Source: Eubacteriales bacterium
GTDB lineage: Bacteria; Bacillota; Clostridia; Oscillospirales; SIG627
Direction: 5' to 3'
NCBI GenBank assembly: GCA_045653035.1
Contig: JAZOLO010000006.1
Location: 21,066 to 85,065, forward strand
Length of the DNA: 64,000 bases
The position numbers and the translations under genes are program-made. The notes below the pieces were generated by a model that did not search any database, was not told where the DNA came from, and saw only the letters and a list, made by a program, of their open reading frames with translations. Below are positions 34,940 to 44,160 of the stretch, one piece after another (positions within the stretch are counted from its first letter, which is position 1; every line of letters starts with the position of its first letter).

Positions 34940-35293
34940 ATGGCAAGAGTTAAACGCGCGATGATGACTCGCAAGAGAAGAAATAAAGTACTGAAACTCG
35001 CTAAGGGTTACTGGGGTGCTAAGAGCAAGCACTTCAAAATGGCGAAGCAGCAGGTAATGAAGAGCGGCAATTATGCATTTGCCGGCAGAAAGAACAAGAA
35101 GAGAGATTTCCGTGCTCTTTGGATTACCCGTATCTCTGCACAGTGCAAGGTATGCGGAATCAACTACTCGAGATTTATGAACGGTCTTAAGAAGGCTGGC
35201 ATCGACCTTAACAGAAAGATGCTTGCTGAGATTGCAGTTAGCGACAAGGAAGCATTTGCGGCACTTGTTGAAAAGGCAAAGGCAGCTCTCTAA
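34940..35293 (+). CDS. rplT: 50S ribosomal protein L20
   Basis: [26 protein letters not shown]... Confidence 0.95.
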   Translation: MARVKRAMMTRKRRNKVLKLAKGYWGAKSKHFKMAKQQVMKSGNYAFAGRKNKKRDFRALWITRISAQCKVCGINYSRFMNGLKKAGIDLNRKMLAEIAVSDKEAFAALVEKAKAAL

Positions 35294-35309
35294 TATTTCA
35301 CATACGATA

Positions 35310-35340
35310 CAGCCGTGACAGAACCGTCACGGCTGTTTTT
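35310..35340 (+). terminator. Rho-independent terminator
   Basis: CAGCCGTGAC-AGAAC-CGTCACGGCTG plus T5. Confidence 0.8.
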
Positions 35341-35355
35341 GAAAAAGGAGAAACT

Positions 35356-35940
35356 ATGAAAAAGATAACCTTTTTACTCGGACTTCTTGCGGCGTTTTTT
35401 GTACTTCTTATATCCTGTGCCGATGAAAATACTGACACACCTGTTGTTCCCGAAAACGTTCCTGAAGAAGCCGTAGCCGTTGGAGAAGATGCTGTAGCTA
35501 CCTACTATTCTCTCAAGACCCAAGGCTTTGGTAAATACCTTGAAGCTTTCCCCAGCGAATGGCGTGCAGGATTTCAGAGAACTCTTGAATACACCGACGA
35601 ACAGTTTGCAGAGGCGGTAGCAAATGCAAATGAAACGATACATTCTCAGCTTTACGATGAATATGGGGAAGCGGCTTTTTATATCGAATACGAATTCATC
35701 GGCGAAAGAGAGATTTCTGAGGAAGAGTATAAAATTCTCACAGACGAGCTTTCACGATATCTCTATGTGTCAGCAGATACTATCTTGGATATAAAGGCAC
35801 AGACCTATTCGGTAGTTACCTACGGCATTGACATCGACGGATACGTTGTAAACGAGCAGTTTTCCGAGGAAGAGCTCTACATGCTGAATATCACAGGTGA
35901 GGGGTGGAAGGTTTCCCCCCACGAATACAACCTACCCTAA
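35356..35940 (+). CDS. Lipoprotein, unknown function
   Basis: Signal peptide with lipobox LLISC. Confidence 0.65.
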   Translation: MKKITFLLGLLAAFFVLLISCADENTDTPVVPENVPEEAVAVGEDAVATYYSLKTQGFGKYLEAFPSEWRAGFQRTLEYTDEQFAEAVANANETIHSQLYDEYGEAAFYIEYEFIGEREISEEEYKILTDELSRYLYVSADTILDIKAQTYSVVTYGIDIDGYVVNEQFSEEELYMLNITGEGWKVSPHEYNLP

Positions 35941-35945
35941 ATTTC

Positions 35946-36093
35946 TTAGAAATTTTGTGTAATACGTCGTCAACTTCAAACAGGGCATCGTCGCCTTACG
36001 TTTTGGTAAGGCTTCCTTGCCTTGTTTTTGTTTCCTTGTCTTACGCAAAATTTCGTGGAAATTTGTGTTAGAAATTTTGGTTAAAACCGAAAA
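35946..36093. repeat. Pseudo-palindromic intergenic element C
   Basis: Arms GAAATTTTGTGTAA (35949-35962) and TTACGCAAAATTTC (36041-36054). Central hairpin GCCTTAC-GTTTTG-GTAAGGC (35993-36012). Direct repeat TTAGAAATTTT (35946, 36068). 19-nt TTTTGGTTAAAACCGAAAA at 36075-36093. Confidence 0.65.
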
Positions 36094-36151
36094 TGAAAAA
36101 TTTCAGGTTTTATTTCAAAGTTCTTTTGTAAAAAGCATTCTTCCTTGAATA

Positions 36152-36180
36152 TTGACAGTATTAAAATGTTGTGATAAAAT
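36152..36180 (+). promoter_or_regulatory. Sigma-A promoter
   Basis: TTGACA-17 nt-TAAAAT. Confidence 0.55.
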
Positions 36181-36213
36181 AGAAAGAACATGAATTGAAA
36201 GGATTGATTTCTA

Positions 36214-37479
36214 ATGGCTTTTAAGCGTTCCGATATACTCCTTCCGAAATTTGCACGGGACTGTGAGAAGATGCAGAAATGGAGTGTCGTTGCCTGTGAC
36301 CAATACACCTCCGAGCCCGAATATTGGAACGGGGTAGAGAAGATTACAGAGGGTGCGGAGTCTACACTTTTTATAACCGTACCCGAAATATATCTTGGTG
36401 ACAGCAACATTGACGATAGAATAAAGAAAACCAATCTCACAATGGATAAATATATAGAAAAAGAGATTTTCGACGAATATAAAGATGCTTATATTTTCGT
36501 TGAAAGAACTCTAAAAAACGGCGTTAAGAGATATGGTATCGTTGGAATGGTAGACCTTGAGGAGTACGACTTTTCAAAGGGCTCGAAGTCCAAGATAAGA
36601 GCTACCGAGGGCACCGTTATGTCGAGAATCCCTCCAAGGCTCAAGGTCAGAAAGGACGCACCCATTGAGCTTCCTCATATTATGATGCTCATTGACAACG
36701 AAAGCCGTGATATCGTAGAATCTAACGCTTTGATAAAGGACTCCTTTCGTAAGCTTTACGATTTTGACCTTATGCAGGATTCGGGTCATATTACAGGCTA
36801 TCTTATGTCGGATGAGGCGGCTAATGCACTTGATAGTAAGCTTGAAGCACTCTCCGACCTTGATACGTTTAATAAGAAGTACGGTGTAAACGAATCCTCG
36901 CCCCTCGTTTTTGCTATGGGTGACGGAAACCACTCTCTTGCAACCGCAAAGACAAACTACGAAAATTTGAAGAAGGAAATAGGAGACGCTGCAAAGAATA
37001 CTCCTGCAAGGTACGCTCTTTGTGAGCTTGTAAACCTCCACGATGAGTCTCTTGTTTTCGAGGCGATACACCGAGTAATATTCGATGCCGATGCCGATGG
37101 TTTTGTTAAGGCTCTTGAAAAGGAATATACCTTAAGCCTTGATGAAAACGCTAAGGGACAGTCCTTTATACTTGTAAGAGAGGGCAAGGAAACAAAGGTT
37201 ACTGTTACAAATCCCACAGAATATCTTACTGTTGCCACAGTACAAAAGGCGCTTGATGCCTATGTCTTGGAAAACGGTGGTGAAATAGACTATATTCACG
37301 GTAAGGACGTAGTTATAAATCTCAGCCGAGGAAAGAATTTTGGAATTGTTTTCGACGCTATGGATAAGTCCGACCTTTATAAATCCGTTATTCTTGACGG
37401 TGCATTACCCCGAAAGACATTTTCTATGGGTGATGCTTGTGATAAGAGGTTTTATACCGAAGCAAGAAAAATTAAGTGA
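36214..37479 (+). CDS. DUF1015-family protein
   Basis: 421 aa. N-terminus ...ILLPK...WSVVACDQYTSEPEYW is typical of DUF1015. Confidence 0.75.
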   Translation: MAFKRSDILLPKFARDCEKMQKWSVVACDQYTSEPEYWNGVEKITEGAESTLFITVPEIYLGDSNIDDRIKKTNLTMDKYIEKEIFDEYKDAYIFVERTLKNGVKRYGIVGMVDLEEYDFSKGSKSKIRATEGTVMSRIPPRLKVRKDAPIELPHIMMLIDNESRDIVESNALIKDSFRKLYDFDLMQDSGHITGYLMSDEAANALDSKLEALSDLDTFNKKYGVNESSPLVFAMGDGNHSLATAKTNYENLKKEIGDAAKNTPARYALCELVNLHDESLVFEAIHRVIFDADADGFVKALEKEYTLSLDENAKGQSFILVREGKETKVTVTNPTEYLTVATVQKALDAYVLENGGEIDYIHGKDVVINLSRGKNFGIVFDAMDKSDLYKSVILDGALPRKTFSMGDACDKRFYTEARKIK

Positions 37480-37601
37480 AGATAGACATTTTGATTAAAA
37501 ACTGAATTGCAAAATAATAATTTATGGCAAATTTGTTATACACAAATATATTTTATATGATATACTAAAAAATAAAAAATCTACCGCAAAAGGAGGGTAT
37601 T

Positions 37602-38822
37602 ATGAAAACCTGTGTAATTATCGGTGCAGGAGGAAGGGGAAAGGATTCTTATGCTCCTTGCATTGAAAAAAGCAAATTAATGAAAATTATAGGTGTTGTT
37701 GAACCTGACGAATATAAGAGAGAGCAATTTAAAAATAGATATAATGTATCCGACAGTATGTGTTTTGAGGATTATCACGAGTTTTTTGAAAAGGGAAGAC
37801 TTGCTGATGCCGTTATTATATGCACTCAAGACAGAATGCATACCGAACCCACACTTTTAGCAAAAAAATGCGGTTATCATATACTTCTTGAAAAGCCCAT
37901 AGCTCCTACATTGCGGGAGGTAAAAAAGCTTGAACGTGAATTTGAGGGCTACGATAAAATTTTTATGACGGGATTTGTTTTAAGGTATACTCCTTTTATA
38001 AAAAAAGTGAAGGAGATAATTGAGCGTGGTGAGATAGGCGACATTGTTACGATGCAGCTTAATGAAAATGAAGGTTTCTGGCATCATGCCCACAGCTATG
38101 TCAGAGGCCCATGGAACAGCACTAAAAGGTCATCGCCTCTTATAGTCGCAAAATCAAGCCACGATATCGACCTCATGATATATCTTGTTGGTTCAAGCTG
38201 TAAGTACATATCCTCTTATGGAAACAATACTTATTTCAAGGCAGAAAACGCTCCGGGCGAGGTTCCTGAAAGATGCACTGACGGATGTCCTTTTCAGGAT
38301 AAGTGCATATATAATGCAGTTGAGCAGTACACTCGAGGCAAAGCGAGATACTTTGTACATAAATTTGAGTGTGGAGAAAAGGATGAGGACATTATAGAAG
38401 CCCTTAAAAACAATCCTTATGGAAGATGTGTTTACCGTTGCGACAACGATGTTTGCGACCATCAGGTGGTTTCCATGGAATTTGAAAATGGTGTTACCGC
38501 TATGTTTACCGTAAGTGCTTTTTCTCTTGAAAACAACCGAACTATCAAGCTTATGGGTACAAAGGGTGAGATAGGAGGTTGTCTTGATACAGGAGAAATT
38601 GTGCTGAAAAAATTCAGCGACATGTCTGAAAAAAGAATAAAAATAGACCACGGCGGTTCAAAGCATGCAGGCGGAGATGAGGGGCTTATTGAGTATTTTG
38701 CAAAAACAGTTGATAGAGCAGAGCTTGTTGAAGAAAAAATTGACCCTTGGATGTTTGAGGCACATAAGGTAGCTTTTCGGGCTGAAAAATCAAGAGTCAA
38801 GAATACCAGAATAAAGATGTAG
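37602..38822 (+). CDS. Gfo/Idh/MocA-family oxidoreductase with a Cys-rich insert
   Basis: Rossmann motif VIIGAGGRGK and EKP motif (LLEKPIA). 7 Cys between residues 225 and 285. Confidence 0.8.
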   Translation: MKTCVIIGAGGRGKDSYAPCIEKSKLMKIIGVVEPDEYKREQFKNRYNVSDSMCFEDYHEFFEKGRLADAVIICTQDRMHTEPTLLAKKCGYHILLEKPIAPTLREVKKLEREFEGYDKIFMTGFVLRYTPFIKKVKEIIERGEIGDIVTMQLNENEGFWHHAHSYVRGPWNSTKRSSPLIVAKSSHDIDLMIYLVGSSCKYISSYGNNTYFKAENAPGEVPERCTDGCPFQDKCIYNAVEQYTRGKARYFVHKFECGEKDEDIIEALKNNPYGRCVYRCDNDVCDHQVVSMEFENGVTAMFTVSAFSLENNRTIKLMGTKGEIGGCLDTGEIVLKKFSDMSEKRIKIDHGGSKHAGGDEGLIEYFAKTVDRAELVEEKIDPWMFEAHKVAFRAEKSRVKNTRIKM

Positions 38823-38887
38823 AGAAGAGTGTCTTAGGACACTCTTCTCTCTTTATATATCTTTATATATAAAATTATACAAATTTC

Positions 38888-38916
38888 TTGAAATATTCAC
38901 AGCTTTGTGGTAAAAT
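38888..38916 (+). promoter_or_regulatory. Sigma-A promoter (extended -10)
   Basis: TTGAAA-17 nt-TGg-TAAAAT. Confidence 0.55.
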
Positions 38917-38954
38917 ATACACTGTATAGTTATCGTTTGGAAAGGATATTGAAA

Positions 38955-39632
38955 ATGGAAGAAAAAACGAAAAAAATAACCCTTTGGAAGATTACCAAAT
39001 GGACACTTATGCTTATAAGTATTTTGGTTTATGCACTTGCATTTACGAGAATATTCGTTTCCTGCGATGCTAGTATTTCCGACGATATAATACTCACGGC
39101 AGAGGAGAAAAAGGATTTCGATAATCTCGATATAGATTATCCCTTATACAACTATCAGCCTCTTTCATGGACAAGCGAGGACGGAACTGTACAGATAAAG
39201 AACATTCACTATCTTGACCCCTTAGACGAGCTACAGTTGACACTCCGCTATAGAATTTCCACCTACGAAAAGGAAAAAGGAGCGATACCCTTCTACTGTA
39301 GGGTTAGAGCAACTGAAGGGGAGAACGAGACGGTTTTTGAAAACCTTGAGACACATTTTGAATCAAGATATAATTACGGATATATCCGCATTTGCATTGA
39401 CGACATTGTGATAGACGACGGAGAAAAGGTTACAAGCAGAGCACAAAGAGTTGATGACGAGGGCAACGTTACCTACGAAACGGTTACCGAAATAGTCGGC
39501 GGTAATAAGGTTTCCCTCGATATATACGACAGCGAGACAGACGAGCTTCTTTTCACCTTTGCTATTGCGGGAAAGCCCCTAGAGGGAATAAGAATGAGAA
39601 GAAATAAGGTTGATACAAGAATTATTGAATGA
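38955..39632 (+). CDS. Membrane-anchored protein, unknown function
   Basis: Start at ATG 38955 (MEEKTKKITLWK) after AAAGGA. One TM segment. Confidence 0.6.
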   Translation: MEEKTKKITLWKITKWTLMLISILVYALAFTRIFVSCDASISDDIILTAEEKKDFDNLDIDYPLYNYQPLSWTSEDGTVQIKNIHYLDPLDELQLTLRYRISTYEKEKGAIPFYCRVRATEGENETVFENLETHFESRYNYGYIRICIDDIVIDDGEKVTSRAQRVDDEGNVTYETVTEIVGGNKVSLDIYDSETDELLFTFAIAGKPLEGIRMRRNKVDTRIIE

Positions 39633-39648
39633 AAGGGGAGGTGGTCAG

Positions 39649-42045
39649 ATGTTTAAGGCAGAGGTAAGGCTTTTATCTGCACTGCCCGAATTTGACCGCC
39701 CATACAGCTACTTTTCGGATATACCGATTCGTGTCGGCGATATTGCGGCACTTCCCTTCGGAAGCTCCGACAGGCATCAATACGGAGTAGTAACCTTTGT
39801 GGAGCCTTGCGGAGAAAACGATAACTTAAAGAAAATTCTTTTCCTCTTACCCGATATCTATTCACTGAACTTAATTCAGCTTGGCTGTGCGGAATTTATC
39901 TCCGAGCAGTTTTTCTGCACCTTCGGCGACGCGCTTCGCCTCATGCTGCCAACAGGACTTGACATTGATACGGCAGAGTATCTTATAAAAGGCGAGAACT
40001 TTGCAGAGCTTGACCGTGGTGAGATAAAAGAAGCGATAGAGCGAGACGGAAGATTTTATTTAAATTCTACCGTCACAAAAAAGAGCGTTCAAGGATATCT
40101 CAAAAAAGACGTGCTCCGTCATCAAACCGAGGCGGTTTGCCACGTAAACGAAAAAAAAGAACGCTTTGTGAAGGCAGTCTCCGAAACATTCGACGAGGAA
40201 AAGCTTCGTGGACTTAAAAACCGTGAGCTTTATAAAAGAGCTCTTGAACACCTTTCGGAAAGCGGAGAAATATCCGTCAAAGCACTACACGAGATATACT
40301 CGGTGGGGTCCGCGGGACTGAACACTCTTCAAAAAAGAGGACTTGTAGAGATAATCTCAAAAAGCGTTGAAAGAACGCCCTATAATATACCGAAAAACTC
40401 AAAGCCCGTGAAAATCACCCTTTCAGATGAGCAGGAGAGAGCATATACTACACTTGAAAAGCTTCTTTTGTCAAAGGAGCCTTCCGCTGCCCTTCTTTAC
40501 GGCATTACGGGAAGCGGAAAGACCTCGGTAGTGCTAAGCCTTATAGATAAGGCGGTGAGCGAGGGACGTGGCGTTATAATGCTTGTTCCCGAAATAGCGC
40601 TTACCTCACAAAGTGCAGAGGTGCTATTTTCAAGATACGGTGACGAGGTTGCAATAATTCACTCGGGAATGTCAAAGGGTGAAAGGTACGATAGCTGGCA
40701 GGCGATAAAGTCGGGTAAAAAGAAGATAGTTCTCGGTACTCGCTCTGCTATATTCGCGCCTGTCGAAAACCTCGGACTTATCGTTATAGATGAGGAGCAG
40801 GACGACAGCTTCAAGTCGGATATGAGCCCACGCTACCGCACAAAGGACGTGGCACGATATATTTGTGCAAAATCCTCCTCTATGATGCTTCTTTCATCTG
40901 CAACTCCCGACGTTGAAAGCTTTTATAATGCAAAAGAGGGCAAGTATACCCTCGTAACCCTCGATAAGCGTTACGGAAAGGCAACACTCCCCGATATCGT
41001 TATTTCAGACCTTTTAACCGACAGAGTTGCTTCTCCCGAAAGACTTATAGGAGAACAGCTTGAAGATGCCCTTCGGGAGACCCTTGAAAAGGGTGAACAG
41101 GCAGTGCTCTTTGTGAACAGGCGGGGACTTCGTAAGCTTCTTACCTGCCGTGACTGCAGAACGGCGGTGACCTGTCCCAATTGCAGTGTTCCAATGACAC
41201 TTCACCAAAAGGACGGCGGCTACAAGCTTGTTTGCCATTATTGCGGATACCAGATGACCCCTCCCACGGTTTGTCCTACCTGTAATTCCCCCCACATGCA
41301 GTACAGAGGCTACGGCACACAAAAGCTTGAAGAAGAACTGAAAAAGCTTTTCCCAGACAAAAAGGTACTTCGCCTTGATGCAGACAGTACACGGAAAAAG
41401 CTGTCACATGAGGATATAATAAACGACTTTTCCTGTCACCGCGCCGATATTCTTATTGGCACACAGATGGTGGCAAAGGGACACAACTTCGAGGACGTTA
41501 CCCTTGTGGGGGTAATCATGGCAGACCTTTCACTCTTTTCCTCCGATTACCGTGCAAACGAGCACACCTTCTCTCTTATGACACAGGTTGTGGGCAGAGC
41601 GGGCAGAGGAAATAAAAAGGGACGTGCGGTGCTTCAGACCATGAACCCCTATAACGAAATAATAGAGCTTTGCACTACTCAGAATTACGAGGAGTTTTAC
41701 AAGGGTGAGATAGCACTCAGACGTGCTCTCGTTTATCCTCCCTTCTGCTCGGTTGCAGCCTTTTATCTTTCAAGCGACAGTGAAAAGAACCTTGAAGCAG
41801 GCTCGGAGAAGATGGAGAGGACAATAGCCGAAAAGCTTTCGGGTGAGTTTTCCAACGTGAAGATAATCGCCTACGGACCCTTTGAGGCAATTCCGTATAA
41901 GCTTAAAAATACATACAGGCGTAAGCTTGTGGTAAAATTCAAAAACAATAAGCGTACTCGTGAGCTTTTCCGCAGTATACTTTCGGAGTTTAATAAAAAG
42001 GACAAGGTAAGGTGCTTTATAGATATATCGCCTACCGTGTTATGA
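39649..42045 (+). CDS. priA: Primosomal protein N' (replication restart helicase)
   Basis: Walker A GITGSGKTS, DEEQD, and a Cys4-Cys4 zinc module (CRDC..CPNC...CHYC..CPTC). Confidence 0.9.
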   Translation: MFKAEVRLLSALPEFDRPYSYFSDIPIRVGDIAALPFGSSDRHQYGVVTFVEPCGENDNLKKILFLLPDIYSLNLIQLGCAEFISEQFFCTFGDALRLMLPTGLDIDTAEYLIKGENFAELDRGEIKEAIERDGRFYLNSTVTKKSVQGYLKKDVLRHQTEAVCHVNEKKERFVKAVSETFDEEKLRGLKNRELYKRALEHLSESGEISVKALHEIYSVGSAGLNTLQKRGLVEIISKSVERTPYNIPKNSKPVKITLSDEQERAYTTLEKLLLSKEPSAALLYGITGSGKTSVVLSLIDKAVSEGRGVIMLVPEIALTSQSAEVLFSRYGDEVAIIHSGMSKGERYDSWQAIKSGKKKIVLGTRSAIFAPVENLGLIVIDEEQDDSFKSDMSPRYRTKDVARYICAKSSSMMLLSSATPDVESFYNAKEGKYTLVTLDKRYGKATLPDIVISDLLTDRVASPERLIGEQLEDALRETLEKGEQAVLFVNRRGLRKLLTCRDCRTAVTCPNCSVPMTLHQKDGGYKLVCHYCGYQMTPPTVCPTCNSPHMQYRGYGTQKLEEELKKLFPDKKVLRLDADSTRKKLSHEDIINDFSCHRADILIGTQMVAKGHNFEDVTLVGVIMADLSLFSSDYRANEHTFSLMTQVVGRAGRGNKKGRAVLQTMNPYNEIIELCTTQNYEEFYKGEIALRRALVYPPFCSVAAFYLSSDSEKNLEAGSEKMERTIAEKLSGEFSNVKIIAYGPFEAIPYKLKNTYRRKLVVKFKNNKRTRELFRSILSEFNKKDKVRCFIDISPTVL

Positions 42046-42056
42046 AAGGAATAAAA

Positions 42057-42524
42057 ATGGCTATACTTAATATTGTGAAAACAGGAGACGATATTTTAAA
42101 AAAGAGGTGTCGTCCCGTAGAAAAGATTGACGAGCGTACCCTCACCCTCCTTGATGACATGAAGGAAACCTTAAAGGTAGCAAACGGTGCAGGACTCGCC
42201 GCCGTTCAGGTGGGTATTCTTAAAAGAGTCGTTATAATCGACGACGGAAGCGGACCCGTTGAGCTCATAAATCCCGAAATCGTAAAGACCGAGGGAGAAG
42301 CGGAGGTTTACGAGGGCTGTCTTTCATTCCCCGACGTGTGGGTGGTTAAAAAGCGTCCTGCCAAGGTTTGGGGCAAGGCTCTGGACAGAAACGGAAAAGA
42401 GATAACCTTTGACGGAGTTGAAGGACTTTTCGCACAGGCTTTCTGCCATGAGACAGACCACCTTAACGGAAAGCTTCTCACAGACGACATTGTAAGATAC
42501 GTTGAAAAGGATGAGATTGAATGA
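42057..42524 (+). CDS. def: Peptide deformylase
   Basis: GAGLAAVQVG, EGCLSFP and HETDHLNG motifs. Confidence 0.95.
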   Translation: MAILNIVKTGDDILKKRCRPVEKIDERTLTLLDDMKETLKVANGAGLAAVQVGILKRVVIIDDGSGPVELINPEIVKTEGEAEVYEGCLSFPDVWVVKKRPAKVWGKALDRNGKEITFDGVEGLFAQAFCHETDHLNGKLLTDDIVRYVEKDEIE

Positions 42525-43456
42525 AGATAATGTATATGGGCACGCCTCTTTTTGCAGCACGTGTCCTTGAAATAATAAGAGAAGAATTTGAGAATTGTGA
42601 AATTGACGTTGTGACAAAGGTTGATACCCCACAGGGCAGAAGCTATAAGCTGACCCCCTCTGAAACAAAGGTTATGGCAGAGAACCTCGGACTTCCCGTT
42701 TTCCAGCCCGAAAACTTAAAAGAAGAAAACTTCAAAGCTACCCTTGAAGCATCTGCCCCCGACGTTATAATCGTTGCCGCCTACGGAAAGATACTTCCCG
42801 AATACGTTTTGAACTTCCCGAAATACGGATGTATCAACGTGCACGGCTCACTTCTTCCCGAATACAGAGGTGCCGCCCCCGTCAACCGTGCCATCATGGA
42901 CGGCAAGACAAAAACGGGTGTCACCATCATGTATATGGAAAAGGGACTCGATACAGGCGATATGCTTTCAAAGGCAGAGGTCGATATAACAGACGATATC
43001 ACCGCAACAGAGCTTTTTGCCACTCTTGCAGAGGTTGGAGGAAGACTTATGTGCGATACTCTCCGCTCCATTATAAAGGGTGAGGTTACCCCCGAAAAGC
43101 AGGACTCGGAAAAATCCACTTATGCCGAAAAGCTTACCTCCGATGACAGAATCATCGACTGGTCCAAGTCTGCTCGTGAGATTGTCCGCAAAATACACGG
43201 ACTTTCCGACGAGCCCTCGGCAACCACCCATACCCCCGACGGAAAGCTTTTAAAGATTTTCCGTGCATCTGTCTCAGACGACTCACCCGATGGGGATTTC
43301 GGTGAAGTTGTTTCTATCAAGAAAAAGCTTCAGGTCAAGGCAGGAGAGGGAAGTGTGCTTCTTCTTGAGGTGCAGGGAGAGGGTGCGAAAAGAATGAAAT
43401 TTGCAGATTTTTTGAACGGAAGGCGAATAGCCCTCGGTGATAAGTTAGGAGAATAA
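42521..43456 (+). CDS. fmt: Methionyl-tRNA formyltransferase
   Basis: MKIMYMGTPLFA..., NVHGSLLPEYRGAAPV. Confidence 0.95.
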   Translation: MKIMYMGTPLFAARVLEIIREEFENCEIDVVTKVDTPQGRSYKLTPSETKVMAENLGLPVFQPENLKEENFKATLEASAPDVIIVAAYGKILPEYVLNFPKYGCINVHGSLLPEYRGAAPVNRAIMDGKTKTGVTIMYMEKGLDTGDMLSKAEVDITDDITATELFATLAEVGGRLMCDTLRSIIKGEVTPEKQDSEKSTYAEKLTSDDRIIDWSKSAREIVRKIHGLSDEPSATTHTPDGKLLKIFRASVSDDSPDGDFGEVVSIKKKLQVKAGEGSVLLLEVQGEGAKRMKFADFLNGRRIALGDKLGE

Positions 43457-43457
43457 A

Positions 43458-44153
43458 ATGCCGTTTTTTTACTACTACGATATATGGATTATACCTGTAA
43501 TACTCGCCGCTATCTGGTCTATGATTGCAGGGGCGAGAGTCAATTCAACCTTTAAGAAGTTTTCCACCGTTAAAAGCATGAGAGGACTTACGGGTGCCGA
43601 CTGTGCTATGGCGGTGCTGAGAGCAGGCGGTGTGAATGACGTGAGAGTCGAAAGGGTCAGCGGAAACTTAACCGACCACTTTGACCCCAAAGCGAAGGTA
43701 ATAAGACTTTCTGACTCGGTTTACTCGTCAAGCTCTATTGCAGCCCTCGGCGTTGCGGCACATGAGGCAGGACATGCTGTGCAGCATAATGTAGGCTATT
43801 TTCCCATAAGAGTGAGAGGTGCTATAATTCCCGTAACACAGCTTGGCTCAAACCTCGCTTTACCTCTCGTTATAATAGGACTAATACTCTCAGCACCAAC
43901 ACTTGCATATCTGGGCGTTGCTTTCTTCGGGTTTTCGGCACTCTTTCAGCTTGTGACACTCCCCGTTGAATTTAACGCTTCCCGCCGTGCCATGGAGGCG
44001 TTAAGGGACGGCAGTATCCTCTCAGACAGTGAGCTTTCAGGTGCAAAGAAGGTGCTTTCGGCGGCTGCTATGACCTACGTTGCAGCCCTTGCAGTTTCTC
44101 TTGCAAACCTGCTCCGTCTTTTCATGATGGTAAACAGAAACCAAAGGAGATAA
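43458..44153 (+). CDS. Membrane zinc metallopeptidase (YugP-like, Zn_peptidase_2)
   Basis: HEAGHAVQH motif and flanking TM segments. Confidence 0.8.
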   Translation: MPFFYYYDIWIIPVILAAIWSMIAGARVNSTFKKFSTVKSMRGLTGADCAMAVLRAGGVNDVRVERVSGNLTDHFDPKAKVIRLSDSVYSSSSIAALGVAAHEAGHAVQHNVGYFPIRVRGAIIPVTQLGSNLALPLVIIGLILSAPTLAYLGVAFFGFSALFQLVTLPVEFNASRRAMEALRDGSILSDSELSGAKKVLSAAAMTYVAALAVSLANLLRLFMMVNRNQRR

Positions 44154-44160
44154 ATTCCCC

